This document shows, in pieces, positions 26,568 to 39,872 of a DNA stretch of 64,000 bases. A program made the translations under genes and the position numbers. Source of the stretch: Paecilomyces variotii (taxonomy: Eukaryota). The stretch is from assembly GCA_004022145.1 (NCBI GenBank), contig RCNU01000012.1; one strand, written 5' to 3'. Each line of letters begins with the position of its first letter. Position 1 is the stretch's first letter. The notes beneath the pieces were generated by a model. It did no database searches and was not told the origin of the DNA. It worked only from the letters and a program-made list of their open reading frames with translations.

Positions 26568-28780
26568 GACGGTATTTGTCCAATACCCCTTTGTTCCTAA
26601 CCGTCCATGGTACGCCCTAACCTCAGTATTTCTTGCGTGAGCGAAGCATGATAGGTCATCTATCCAGGAATGACCTTCCGGGAGCGGCAGGGGATGTGGC
26701 GACGAACTAGCTAAGGATGCACTGCAGACGTCCTTTTTCCCCGTCAATATAGTAGCAACTCACCTCATACCGACAACCCCTAGACTTGGACTTGGACCTA
26801 TCTGTTCTCTTGGCCAAGGCTTGGTTAATGTTGCCTTATGTTTATTCTGCAAAAGTTCGTTAGCACAAGGCCCCCTCAGGTACATTCATGAGAACTCCCA
26901 CAACGCTCTACCAAACTGAATGAGGGGCCAAGGGAAAATGCTAGCAACGCAGTAAGAACGGCCTCCGTTGTGATGGCACGTAGTTAGAAAATCAGTGCAG
27001 GTACGCTGACTATATTAAATCAAATATCATCCATTCTAATGGAGTCCTTAAATCATGCACGGACCTCATATTCTTCTAACTCGCACATGACATAGTTTGT
27101 AGATGCAGACTTGTTGCATTCGCGGGAGACGAGTGTATTCCTTCTTTCTATGGATAAACAGGCAGCTGATATGAAAAAGAAACGGCTTGTTGCCCACGAA
27201 CGGGAGGGCTGATCGGGATGTAGCTACGACCCTAAGCAACGGTCTCTACCCTTTGTTCAGCCAAATATTGTGCGAATGGGGGATCTGCTGCTCGGTTAGA
27301 TAGTCCTAAGTCAAATCTCACGGACTAGGTCAAAGGATGAGCTTACTCGACAAGCTGTGGGTACAAAGAAAGGAGAAGTTGCAGAACTACCAAGGCACAA
27401 AGGCGCTTTTATATGTTAGTCAGTGTAGTTCGAGCCCGGCTTCATTATTAGTGTCGCTTCTAAACGAAGATCTCGTTGGGTGTGTGGCTTTCTGGTCTTT
27501 TCCCGTGTCGGGACTCGAGTGAAGTTGAGGCTACCTTGGAAACCTGCTTCGTTGTCACAGACGGTGAAATGCTCGCGCTAGAGCCTGTCAAACACCGTTG
27601 GATGTCCAACTGGTCAATCGCTTTAACTACTTCGTTAGAGCCTTCCATCAGGACTAGTCCTGTCATATTACGCGGCGGAAAGTCAGAAACTCCAACAGCA
27701 CGGAGATGAATTTCCATACCCAGGTAAACAAACCATCGGTTTCCGCGGAATCATCTACGTGTAGGATTCGTTATCTTCCCACACAGAGCTAGGACAAGGC
27801 CTGAGAAACAGTCGCCTTATCTAACACGGGCTGGTGCTGAGGATTTTTGACGATCCTTGCTAGGTAAGTGAGCCTCACGCCATCAACCGAGATCACACTC
27901 GATCCAATCTGACTGAAGAGCAGAGATCAGGCCGATATGGATTGCAGGGCCTTCCTTGCATTGATCTGCAGATGATGTCCCACCCGACGTTGCGTTCGAA
28001 CCTCGCTTGTCCCAAGCAGGACGTTGAACTGAGCCGCGATGCACACAGCACATCCCGAAATAATAAAACGGGAGCTACCGAATAGGCGGCAAAGGATCGT
28101 CTTCTCCCGGCAATTGTTGTCGTTGTCTACTTCGGCACATGACTCTCTCGAGAAAGTATCTTTCTACAGCGATGATCAACAAAAATGCGGGGAAAGGACA
28201 AATGAAACGGCAGCACCGCAGTCGATCTCAGTGAAACGACCAGTGCATAGTTTCTACTGACCCGAGCTCTGCAAGAGATTAGAGGACCTTCGATTGTTAC
28301 ATCGTCCGTGCAGAAGTCATCTGTTCGTACGACCGGGCCTCGTCCATCCCACCCGCAAAGGATCGAATGGTTTCCCGACAAACAAGATGGTTACCGGAAC
28401 TGAAAGATGATTGACGAAGGCCTAATCTTACAGCTCCTTTCGATGCAAATCCGCATCGAAGATACAGCTCCATCAATGGACCTATGTAATCGGGCCCCCC
28501 ACCAGTTATCTCATGGTCTCGTCGTGTGATTAAAATCCTGACCCTGGCAAAGATGGAAAGAATGTTGGATATATGCCCACATGCGACGGTGCCTGCATGT
28601 AGAGATCAGAGTAGGTCAAGGGGGTAAGATCGTAGAACGATGCTTGCTGCATTCAATGAAAAGGCAGCCGTTTCCCCCCCAAGATGTTGAAGTGCCGTAG
28701 CTTGGTATCAAACTTCATTTCTTCTCTTTTTTTCTTTTTCACCTCTGAATAGTGACTTCGAAGGACGGACTGCCTTCGGC

Positions 28781-30214
28781 ATGCTGGTTTTGACCAAGCT
28801 CTACGCCCTTAGCGCATTTGCTGGGCTGACTGCCGCATGGCTTCCTGGAGTACACCGAGATATCTACTCCATCGACGGAAAGAACCTGTTCAACCGCTCA
28901 GTCCCCTTCAGGGGCTCTAGTAAACGATGGCTTCCATTATCTGGAAAGATCCGCGGTGTCAACCTCGGGTCACTTTTCGTATTTGAGCCATGGCTCGCAG
29001 AATCTGAATGGAGTGAGATGGGATGCGGTAATCAGAAAGCAGAGTTCGACTGCGTCTCGACCCTTGGTCAAGATGCCGCCAACTCTGCTTTCCAGAAGCA
29101 TTGGGGCTCGTGGATCACGAAGAGTGATATCTCCCAGATGCAAAGCTATGGACTGAATACGATCCGCATCCCGGTGGGCTATTGGCTATATGAAGACATT
29201 GTCTATACTAATAGCGAGCACTTCCCTCAAGGTGGTTTGTCGTACTTGGAACAAGTCTGTAGCTGGGCTAGCGACGCTGGACTCTATATAATTATTGATC
29301 TGCACGGTGCACCTGGTGCGCAGGTATCGGACAATTCGGATACTGGCCAGGTAAGTAGGGACGATATAGAAAGTCGTCCGGATAAAGCTGATGGATTTAA
29401 TTTAGTATGCATCGAGTGCCGGCTTCTACGTCGACTATCAGTATGATCGAGCACTCCAGTTCCTCGAGTGGATGACCACAAACATCCATCGAAATCCCGC
29501 CTTTCGGAACGTGGGGATGCTGCAGATCGTGAACGAGCCAGAACAGGACGCTGACGCTGTCTCGTCGATGCGCACAAGCTATTACCCAAATGCTGTTAAT
29601 GTGAGTTAGTTGTACCAGAGGCGTATCCAAGACTATAAGCGCGGATGGCTAACCGAGGTGGAGAAAATCCGTTTGACGGAATTGGGTCTAGGTATCATCC
29701 CGGTCGATTTCTTGCATATTCAGATGATGGACGAATTATGGGGTTCCGGGGATCCAAACCAGTGTCTAATAGACCGTTACTTTCTGGCCTATGATGACCA
29801 TCGCTACATGAAATACGATTCGAGCGTGAAAGTATCCAAGGATAGCTATATCAATGCCTCTTGCAGCGACAACCGGGATTCGAACACTCCCACCATCGTT
29901 GGGGAATTTAGTTTGAGCCCGCCAGACGATGTGCAGTGGGATCCGGAATGGAGTCCAGACTCCAATAAGGACTTCTACAAGAGGTGGTTCGCAGCTCAAG
30001 TGCAGGCATACGAAAAGCAGCAGGGCTGGATCTTCTGGACGTGGAAGGCCCAAGCGGGAGACTATCGCTGGTCATATTCCGGTATGTGCAGTAGGACCCG
30101 AAGAGTCCTAGCAATTTCCAGTGTTTGATACCGCTGACATTGAATCTAGAGGCTGTCAATGCGGGTGTTATTCCCACGAACCTCGACGACGTATACAACG
30201 AGGGAGTCTGTTAG
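28781..30214 (+). CDS. Secreted GH5 glucanase, probable endo-beta-1,6-glucanase (ExgB-like)
   Basis: Exons 28781-29350, 29406-29600, 29664-30081 and 30150-30214. Signal peptide, KR site, [26 protein letters not shown] (acid/base), IVGEF (nucleophile) and WTWK. Confidence 0.88.
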
Positions 30215-30672
30215 TTGTAAGATGCAGAGGTGTGTGGGACTGATCTTATTCTAATACCTTAATCCGGATCCCCTATTCTATTCTGTGCATGTGGTTGTAT
30301 AAAACGCTCTGTAACGACTTGTTTATATATCGCGTGGTACGATGCTAAACTGGCGGTGTTTTTTTGGGTCATTTCATATGCCTCTTTTTTAACGACAGAA
30401 CCTTATGATTGCTGTGTCCGTCATGATCTGCTATTATGCATGCTTGGGCGACATTTACTTCAAGTCTCCTGGCAATCCGCAACATCTGCTTCTAAGAAGA
30501 AGAAAAGTCCTGCAGAAACGCTCCTTCTCGGTCCCCCTCCTGTTTTAGTCGTTGTAGTTTCTTTACCCAAATGCCGCTCATGGGTTGCTCGTAAGCGCGT
30601 ATGATTAGTCGATACTCTAGGCCGACTGGACAGTATCTTTAAGTACACAATGTATTTTCCAACGATTTGCTC

Positions 30673-32426
30673 CTAGCCCCCGTGGTTCAATCCCCTTGCT
30701 ATCCACCTTCTCCTGACCCAGTAGAACACCAGACCGATCGCCCACAGACTGATCAAAATAGTGGCCTGCACCGGTGCGAATACAGCGCCTCTTACAACAA
30801 CGAAGCCGCTCACTACCGCGAAGACGATGGGAACGATCACCAACGGCTTGTATGGCCGATGCAAGTCACGTTGGCGGAACCTCAAAATAACCGCTCCAAG
30901 GACTGTAATGAAGAAGAATGAATACTCACCCAGGCCGTTGAAAGTGAGCAGAGCACGGAAGTTTCCAAGGAGGATATATAGGGCCGCGAGGCTGGTTTCG
31001 AGGATGATAGCATTGATAGGGGCATCAGACCCTGATTGCTTCGGGACGTCTGGTGAATCCCTAGAAGACTCCTCCGACGCTGTAATGGAATCAAAAACAA
31101 CGCCGATACGGCCGACGAATCCAAGGAAGCCTGGGAGCCAGTTCTTGTTGGAGGCTGAAACGACCATGCGGCCTGCAACGAATGAGTTTCCGAGAAGAGA
31201 ACCAGCAATAACAAGACAGATGAGGATTGCTGCTATAACGCCCGCAGCAGGTCCCAAGAGACGGGAGATGGCGGTCTATACGATTTCGCATTAATAAGGA
31301 CCGAGATACGCACTCGTGAATGTCAACAAAACTTACTACCGCAACACTGTTTGTTGAAGAAATCAGATTCCATGGCAGAAGGATATAGTAAATCGCATTT
31401 GCTGCAATAAAGCAGAGAATAATCGTCGGAATCGCGGTGTTGAGAGCTAGGGGCAGTTGGCGGGCCGGTGATGAGAGCTCAGCCGAAATATATATTGCCT
31501 GCATCGCATGAATACTCGGTTCGGTGTCTTGACCTGCACAATTCGTGTGTATGCTCGTACCTTATCCCAGCCAGAGTATGCCCACAATGCCCCGTACAAA
31601 GCTGCAGAGTAATGGCCTAGAATTTCCCATTCCTGTAATTTTGTCCAGTCGATGCGAGTTCCGTCCGGATTTACTGTCTCCCTATACCCAAACCAAGGTC
31701 TAGTAAACCAGTCCCGCCCACCGATGTTTCTGTTTGGATTTGAGGTTTGTATAATGATAACCACTATACCAGCTATTACAATTCCAGCGATACTCACAAA
31801 CTTGGTGACAACGAAGAAGTTATTGAGCCGCGTAGTTGCCTTTGTACTGATGGAGTTAGCCAGACTGATGACCACTAGGACAAGAATCGATAGGAGCTTT
31901 CGCTCTATGCTTGTAGCAGAATTCGTAAAGCCGGCGGCAGAATAGATACTGTCGATGAACGCAATGCTCAAAATCGCCAATGTGGCAGGCATGATGGCAA
32001 TGATCCATGTCCAGGCAGCCAAGAAACCAAAGACATCACCAAAGATGTACTGCAGATACGGCTGGACGCCTCCTAAAATGGAATTTAGCCTCTAAATATC
32101 CACTGGTATGGAAATATTGACATACCTTCACCGGGAATAGCCGTTCCAAGCTCCGCCATGGTCGTGGCTCCGGTCCAAGCAAGAATACCACCCACCAGCC
32201 ATATGATCAGCGCCACACCTGGCGAAGGAACATTGCTGTCAATGGCTCCCGGCGAGGTGAAGATGCCGCTGCCAATAACGATACTTATGACGATGGCAAA
32301 CGCTTCAGAAGCTCCCAGGTTCCGTTTGAACGTGCGTGATGAAGACTCAGCAGTTTCATCAGCATTTCTCTGGTCCGCCAAAAGAGGTCTGCGGACTCCA
32401 TCCTCTGAATGGACAGGAGCCGACAT
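30673..32426 (-). CDS. APC-superfamily amino acid permease (LAT/Mup1-like)
   Basis: IGSGIF, AELGTAIP..GG, LWAYSGWD and RPYK motifs with many TM segments over four exons. Confidence 0.9.
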
Positions 32427-33228
32427 TTTTTTTTTTTGTGTTGAATTTCTTATATCATAAAGAGTGAGAGGAGAGTCATCTTTATATGAGCAATCACGCC
32501 ATTTCCTGTTGCGGTGCGGAGGTCTCCGGGACCTGCACGTGATGCGGGGAGACGTGAAGTATGAGATGTCAACTTCATGATTCATGGAATATACTAAGGA
32601 GTTTGGCTTCTATATTAATGTGGGAGTGGTAATGATAGGGAAATCTTTGGAATTAGAATACTGGACTGTGACTTAATCTATTGTCGATTTCTGCCAATGT
32701 GCTGCTAGCATCAAGGTCGACAAACAAACATACCTACTAGCTGTTGTTGATGTCGACCGTTGAAGAACTGGTCCTCAACCTTTATGTATACCAATTGTTC
32801 TGTTCGACTGACATCATACTGTTCTTACTCAGCACCATAGTTAAGTTAATTAGCAGCCCCAAAGTTGCAAAGAGCATTATAGACGTGAAACGTCAATTTC
32901 TCGATGCGCAATCAAAAGCACGAGAGAAGATTCCTATTTTGTTTAAGTATAGCGTTGCCGTATCTACGTCAGCGGTCGGTTATCCGCGGCTTGCCGACGA
33001 CGATTCTCCATTCGCAGAGGTGCCGCCAAAAAGAATTACTGCTTGTAGTCAGGCAGAATGCTTACTGGTATAAGGCCAGCACTGCGCATGCTCATAAGTC
33101 CATATATTCCTGTGAGGAATCGAGTATACATTGCTTCATTCTCCATTACGAGGGCAAGATTGCCGACCGTGAGAGCCTGCAACCAGCAGAAACAACTATC
33201 ACCAATAGCCAAAGCTCATATACGTGCC

Positions 33229-33776
33229 ATGTCAAGTAATCCATCGTCTCCGCCCCCTCTCTCCCATATACTGGAGACATGTATCTATGCGCGAGATCTG
33301 TCGGCTTCAGTTGAATTTTACAAGGGCATCTTCAACATAAAGCCGTTTCTTGAAACGGTATGATCACACCTCTCTCCAGGTTCTCAATGACAGACGCTGA
33401 TAGCATATAGCCCCGGATGTCCGGATTCTCCCTGGGACAGACAACTCTGCTTCTCTTCCAGATCGGAAGTACGCATGAGGATGTTCATCTACAAAATGGC
33501 ACGATTCCCGGGCATGGTCCCACCGAAACAATCAGACACAGTCTCCTCACACCAAGCGACACTCCTACGGAAAAGAACCCTAAACTGAAGCAACATTTCT
33601 GCTTAGCGGTGAATAACCCTGAGGACGTGGATCGGTGGGATGAGCATTTGAGAAATAAAGGTGTCAATGTGACTGCCAGGATGAAGTGGGAGCGAGGAGG
33701 GAGGAGCATCTATTTTGAGGATCCGGATGGACATGTGGGCGAGATCGCATCGAGGGGTTTATGGGCACACTATTGA
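33229..33776 (+). CDS. VOC (glyoxalase/bleomycin-resistance/dioxygenase) family protein
   Basis: Exons 33229-33357 and 33411-33776. ILETCIYARDL..SVEFY, HFCLAV and RSIYFEDPDGHVGEI motifs. Confidence 0.9.
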
Positions 33777-34259
33777 GGAGATGCAGAAATTAGAAAGGGC
33801 ATTCAATAACTGAAGTCACCGTGGGTGAACGTTAACCAGCTCTTTGGTGCTCGCAGAGTCATGAATTTTGGTATTATGGCGGAAGCACCAAATGGCCGTG
33901 AAAATCATTATTCTGACGTGACTTTTACATTGCTAGTTTCGGAATTGATTGGATTGACTCAGAAGGGAATCCAAGCAGTAATGTTATTTACACCTATTCA
34001 GCATGACCTAGAATCATATAACAGGCGTGAGCTATAACTATATCGGTACATTTCCGCAAAATGTCGTGTCTTTGAGCTACAGTACTCGGCTCATCTGACA
34101 AGGAAACTCGACAGATCAACCCATGCGATCAAAGCACTTCTCCGAATACACCAACAGAATTAGGATTAGTCTTGATACACCCGTATACTGTGCCAGATGC
34201 AACGGCCGATACCTCGGGGAAAGGCGTGAAGCCTCCCCTCCTCCCCGATGTATCCCCAC

Positions 34260-34275
34260 CGGGTGCATGCTTCCG
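34260..34275. promoter_or_regulatory. CGG-N10-CCG Zn2Cys6-type site upstream of the ALDH
   Basis: CGG GTGCATGCTT CCG, about 325 bp upstream of the ATG at 34601. Confidence 0.7.
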
Positions 34276-34600
34276 TGAGAGTTGTTATGATCCACTGCCT
34301 TCGTACTTACAACCGGACTTCAGACCGGGAGATCAAACCACATAAAAAAAATGAGGAGTCACTAGAGTATGCAATTAGTAATTGAGGAGGTCATGCAATT
34401 GTAGCGAGTTTCAATTACTACTAGAAATACCAGTAGGAGAAATTACTAACCGGCTATGATGAGACACAATCTATGAGAGATCAATTGAACATTGTTGTAC
34501 TGAATAACATCAAACCATCTTCTTGATTGGATATTCAGCTGGCCATACTTCCTTCTTGCTACGTTGACAAGGAACCTTCGTGGTTCTCATCACGTCGCCC

Positions 34601-36342
34601 ATGAATGGCACCAACGGAAGCTCGATATCTTCCTTATCGAGCCCTTTAAACCTGCACATTAACGGCAAAGACGTACCATCAGACTCATTGAACACGTTTC
34701 CTGTTATAAATCCTCTCACTGGAGAAAGGATATATGACTGCTCCGCGGCGACGAAAGACGATTATGCATCAGCCATTGCTCACGCGTATGCCGCCTACCT
34801 GAGTTGGTCGAAGACGCCTCCATCAACCAGGCGAAACATTTTCCTCCGTGCAGCTGATATCATTGAGACATATCTCGAACAGGATGCACCCGAAATTCTA
34901 GCTGCGGAAGTGTCTGCGACAAAATCATGGGTAAAGCTTAATATCATGGCTGCTGCCGCATTTCTGAGGGAGAGCGCGGGGCTCGTTACACATATCAAAG
35001 GTGAAATTGTCCCGGCTGATAGACCAGGCACGTCGGTTTTGGTCGTCAGGGAAGCAGTTGGCGTGGTATTGGCCATCAGTCCTTGGAATGCTCCGGTAAG
35101 TTACAACCCTTGTCTATAGTCTCGATGCCTCACATCTACAAGTGGTAGTCGACAGTCAGACTCTGATCATAGTAGCTATATGGGCGGTAGCCTGCAGCCG
35201 CTTCTCATGAATGTGATTTCATATCTGACTCTCAGCAATGTAGGTAAACTTGACGGTTCGCGCTATTGCGACAGCGCTGGTATGCGGAAATACTGTGATC
35301 CTTAAACCGTCGGAATACAGCCCGAAGTCGCAGCATCTGGTCGTCCGTGCTTTGATCGCAGCTGGTCTACCGCCTGGGTGCTTGAATTTCTTACCTTCGG
35401 CTCGTGAGAATGCTCCCGAAGTGACTGAATTTGCTGTGAAGCATCCTCTAGTCCGCAGAGTCAATTTTACGGGGAGTGACCGCGTTGGCAAAGTCATTGC
35501 CGGATGGGCGGCTCAATGTCTGAAGCCATGTCTGCTGGAACTCGGAGGGAAAGCCCCAGCTGTGGTGTTGGCAGATGCAGATTTGGAAGATGCAGTAAAC
35601 GCAATTGTCTTCGGCGCATTGGCAAACAGTGGGCAAATATGCATGTGAGTATTGTCGTTGAAGTCTTTTCCCGTTCTATCTACACTATGCGAGGTAGATG
35701 GTGATCTTGCTGAGACTTAAAAATTACAGGTCCACTGAGCGTATCATATTACACTCTTCCATCGCTGCCCCTTTCACAGAGTTACTCATCGAGCGTGTCG
35801 CTAAAGTCAAAGTTGGCAATCACTTCGAAGATCCCTCTGTCTCTCTATCCGGTCTATATTGTGCTGCTGCACCGAAGCGCATTCTCTCTGCTATCGACTC
35901 GGCCATTGCCTCCGGGGCAACCCTACTTACTGGAGATCGTACCCCAGCAGGACCAAACAAGACGATCCTTCAACCGCACATACTCGACAATGTCTCTCCA
36001 GACATGGAAATTTTCCATGAAGAGATCTTTGGTCCGGTCATATGTATCACACGCGCAGATTCCGACGAACAAGCCATCGACCTGGCCAATACAAGCGAGT
36101 ATAGCCTGTGCGCGAGTGTCTTCACAAAGGACGTTCTGCGAGGAATGGAAGTTGCACAACAAATAAGAGCTGGCAGCTGCCATGTTAATGGGCCAACAGT
36201 ATACATCGAACCTCCACTACCAAATGGGGGTACTGGAGGACGCAGTGGATATGGGAGATTTGGAGGAATGGCAGGGGTAGAAGAGTTTACGGAACGAAAG
36301 ATAATCAGCCTAGTAAAGCCCGGGATGAAGTATCCGATCTGA
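34601..36342 (+). CDS. Aldehyde dehydrogenase, vanillin/salicylaldehyde-DH-like
   Basis: Exons 34601-35095, 35244-35644 and 35730-36342. PWNAP, LKPSE, FTGS, LELGGK, GQICMSTER (catalytic Cys) and EIFGP motifs. Confidence 0.9.
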
Positions 36343-36548
36343 GGTTGTGTGATGTGAGTGTTGGGATATATTGCGGAGACGGAACTAACGAAGATTGGAC
36401 CCGAACAAGAGGATCAGGAGACAGCAGCGCAGAATGCAGGCAAGAGAGAAAGTCGGGTAGAACTGTATATGGCACGTGTTTAAAGAGTATTAGGACATAC
36501 GTTAGACGATAAATTATGTATGTACCACGTCTACAGATCGAGGGCAAT

Positions 36549-39500
36549 TTAGACCCCCATAAACCGCTCAAAATCATTCCACCCCATTGTGAGCTGTTGG
36601 AGAGAATCTTGCCATAGCAAAAGCTGTGGTGAAACCCCCTCTTCTGTGAATGAAGGGTCCGCATTTATGATTTCTTGATGATATGGATTTGACAGGTCGT
36701 TGTACACAAGCGAAGCATCATGGCAAGCTGCAAGACCGTCGCTAAACGAGCTAGGTGGACGGGTAAAGATATTGCTGTTTCCATGATCCCGCGCGTGTTG
36801 GGTGGTACGGATTGCATGTGAAATTTGTGATGATTGCCGGCCATTCTCGTCAACACATATTCTATCTTCCTTGGACGATGGCGATCCTAGACCCCTACCG
36901 GATCCCTCGTAAGCAGCCTCTCTAGACGTATCCATGGTATCTCCGGAGATTCCCCTAGGTGGGCTAGCTGGATAGCTAGGTAGGGTCATGATGGCATCCA
37001 TGGCGTTAGAAGCCTCTGCGAGTGTATCCAAGGCCGAGCGAGCGGGGCGATCATGACCTGGGCCTTCGATGGAAGAAGGAGGCAAAGTATCATAGTATCT
37101 TCCCTCGCCAGCACTCATCCCTTTTCCAGACATGGAATGAGGTGTCATTCCTATACCTCCTTCATTTGGAGAGTATTTTCTGGTTGCCATATCCTTTTCT
37201 CTCGCTGCATCTCGAACCGTTCTTGATCGGCTTGGGGCATTTCCTTCATTGTCTGTCCTTGAAGTTCTTGTACCCGTATTGGATGACTGGACGACATCTG
37301 CGAAGTTCTCGGCTACAGATGCGAACCGCTGCATCGTAGAACATTTCGGTAGCAATTTGAGCACATTCTGTAGTTCTGTCACTAGAGAACCTATATAAGT
37401 CTTCGACTTCTTTTCCGCCTCTAGAACGTCCTTTGGAGAGGATGGGTCTGGAACCCAAAGTATTCGTAAAATCAGGACCATTGCAGCCGAATAAGCGTAA
37501 AACACATCGAGCCCTGTAAGGCCATCCAAAGTCTCTGCACTGTTTAGAAGGAGGATGAGATCTGCGATGCGGGATGCCGAAGAAACGCATGTTCGGGCTA
37601 GAAATGCAATCTTGTCAACGGGAGACTTCGCATTAGAAGATACATCCTCCCAAAGATATGGCACTGTTGCCGGGTCTCTCGAATTTGAGGAGATTAGAGT
37701 TAAAAGGCACGGCCGGGAAAGTTGTATTATCAGGTTATGATACTGTATGTGCAGTAGAACCATCCCACGGAGGTGATTCGAAGGATAGCGGGAGCAGAAC
37801 TCGCGTAACTGTGATTGAGATGGCACGGCAGCCTCCGCAGACGTTTTGAATTTCGGAAGTCTCAGGTATGCTGGCAGTCCGTCCTCCCATGCTTGTAACT
37901 CATCGAGGAATTCCCCGGGGGGTGGATTTGACGCCTTGGCCCATGATGAGCCGTTTCTCCAATTTGTTGATTGATACTGGACGCTCATCATCCACCGTAA
38001 ACGACTTGACAGGACCTGTAACTGGAAGCTACATTCTGTGTAGCCTGGAGGATTATATCCTGAGCCTATCATATCGTCAGACGGAAGGCTGGTGTTAACC
38101 TCCTGTTCGTCGATTGCACTTGGACGCCCCAAGGACATGCAAAGGAATTGCTCGAAGCTGTATAAGCTGCACCAGATACGTTTCCTAGTCTCGCGTTCGA
38201 TGGGGCGGAACGAATTATTGATATCATTCCGATGCATTCCAATGGCGATAGCCATACGAGCAGCACAGCCAACGAGTGTCCACGAAGCGTTGCGCTCGTT
38301 AATGCTGTGATAATAGAGTGCGAGCAATAGCAAAGCCTGAACATTAGAATGAGTGCACGTCGTCGATAGGCACGAAATAGCCGTCTGCGCTAGAACCCAG
38401 CAGTGCACACGTAAGTTTTCGTAGTCGAAGTGATCATTATCCGGGACAGCTGCTTTTCTCAGCTTCATAGATAGGACACATCCGAAGGCCAGCATCATAT
38501 GAAGGCAGACTAGCCATCCCTCGTCATGTTCAGTACTTTCCGCGGACTGGTGCAGAACTTGAGAAGAGCTATTCTCCAGTTGTGATGCAAAGAAGCGTTC
38601 CAACTCGTCCTGGAACGTTGGACGGTCAAACAAAGGGAAGGTTGAATGGACGCGCTCGAAGTAGAGACGCTGCAGATTCTCCAGGATCACTGGTGGCAGT
38701 TCCCTAAAACGCCATGCGGACTGAAGAAGATTCTGCAAAGGAGACGATGTCGTTGGATTAAACCCTGCCGGGGATCCAGGGGAGTTTGATCTTCCGTCAA
38801 TGCTTGCACGAGGACTATTTTGCCTATTCGTTCTCGCCTCAAGTGCTTCCGCTACATTGTCGGCTGCAAATCGAGACAATGGCTGTCGTGTCGATACCAG
38901 GTCGCGTAGTTCTCCGAAAAAAGCAAGAGTCCCTGATGGCCCAATATAATGTCGACGTCCAACTGAGTCACGTACCAGGCGTGGAGACTCTTGAATCTGA
39001 CTGATCCGCCGATCGTGCCATGGTTGAGGCTGGAAATCTTGATGGATAGTCCCGGCACCGGTCGATGAGTTTCCATCTTGGTCCTCGTCAGACAAAGACC
39101 TTTCCTGCGACACACCACGGTCCGCGCCTGGTGTTAAGAGACAATCTTCAGATGATGCCACATCACCTGTCTGAGGCATAGCAAAGCCATGTCTCTGCCC
39201 CAACGAGAGCAGATCCTCCACCGTCCGGGTAGGCTCATCGGGAAATGCACTATTGACGATCGCCTCCAAGCAACGATACCTGGAAAAATTAGAATGTCCT
39301 CGAGGTGCATTTATTTTGGCTGGACACGAGCTCACCTGTCTCTGACGGTTTCCAGACTCCCATACAACCTCGTCTTCCGACGAAAGGTCGACACGCATTC
39401 AACATTGTTCTGCTGGCAGGTTCGGCAGCTTTCATCAGCCTTCCGGCGAACGCATTTACATCGTCGCTGTCAAAGATATTCAGTTATGTTACAAGATTGG

Positions 39501-39614
39501 CCAAGTTCATAATTGGTCTCCTGTTCTTCTCACCTTCCGGCATAGATCGCAACTTAACTCAGTCCGTTTGCGCAGTTCCTCAGGAACCCGTCGTCTGCTC
39601 CTCCGCGGTTCCAT
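36549..39614 (-). CDS. Zn(II)2Cys6 transcription factor
   Basis: Two 5' introns give MEPRRSRRRVPEELRKRTELSCDLCRKRRCKC..SCRTC..C, followed by the fungal TF domain (ERETRKRIWCSLY..SLGRP). Confidence 0.92.
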
Positions 39615-39872
39615 CTCAGTATGGATTGAAAGGTTGCAGACTTTCGGAAGTACATGTCCATGTGGGGAAGCGTCTCCGAGGAGGAAGCATGGAATCGGCG
39701 ACAGAAAAGAGACGAAGATGAGGGGCTGCGGATGATGTATTTACTCAATGCCGAGAGACGTTACCGAGAGCTCTTATGACTGCAACAACTCCTTTGGTCC
39801 CTTGTACGAATCTGCTTTTATTTCTGTCAGAGCAAATATTACGTTGATTTCCCGTGCTCTCGTATCTTCGCT

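Noticed and set aside
26600-28780. 2.2-kb intergenic region with short ORFs
   Set aside because: No protein motif, RNA gene or repeat structure that I could support.
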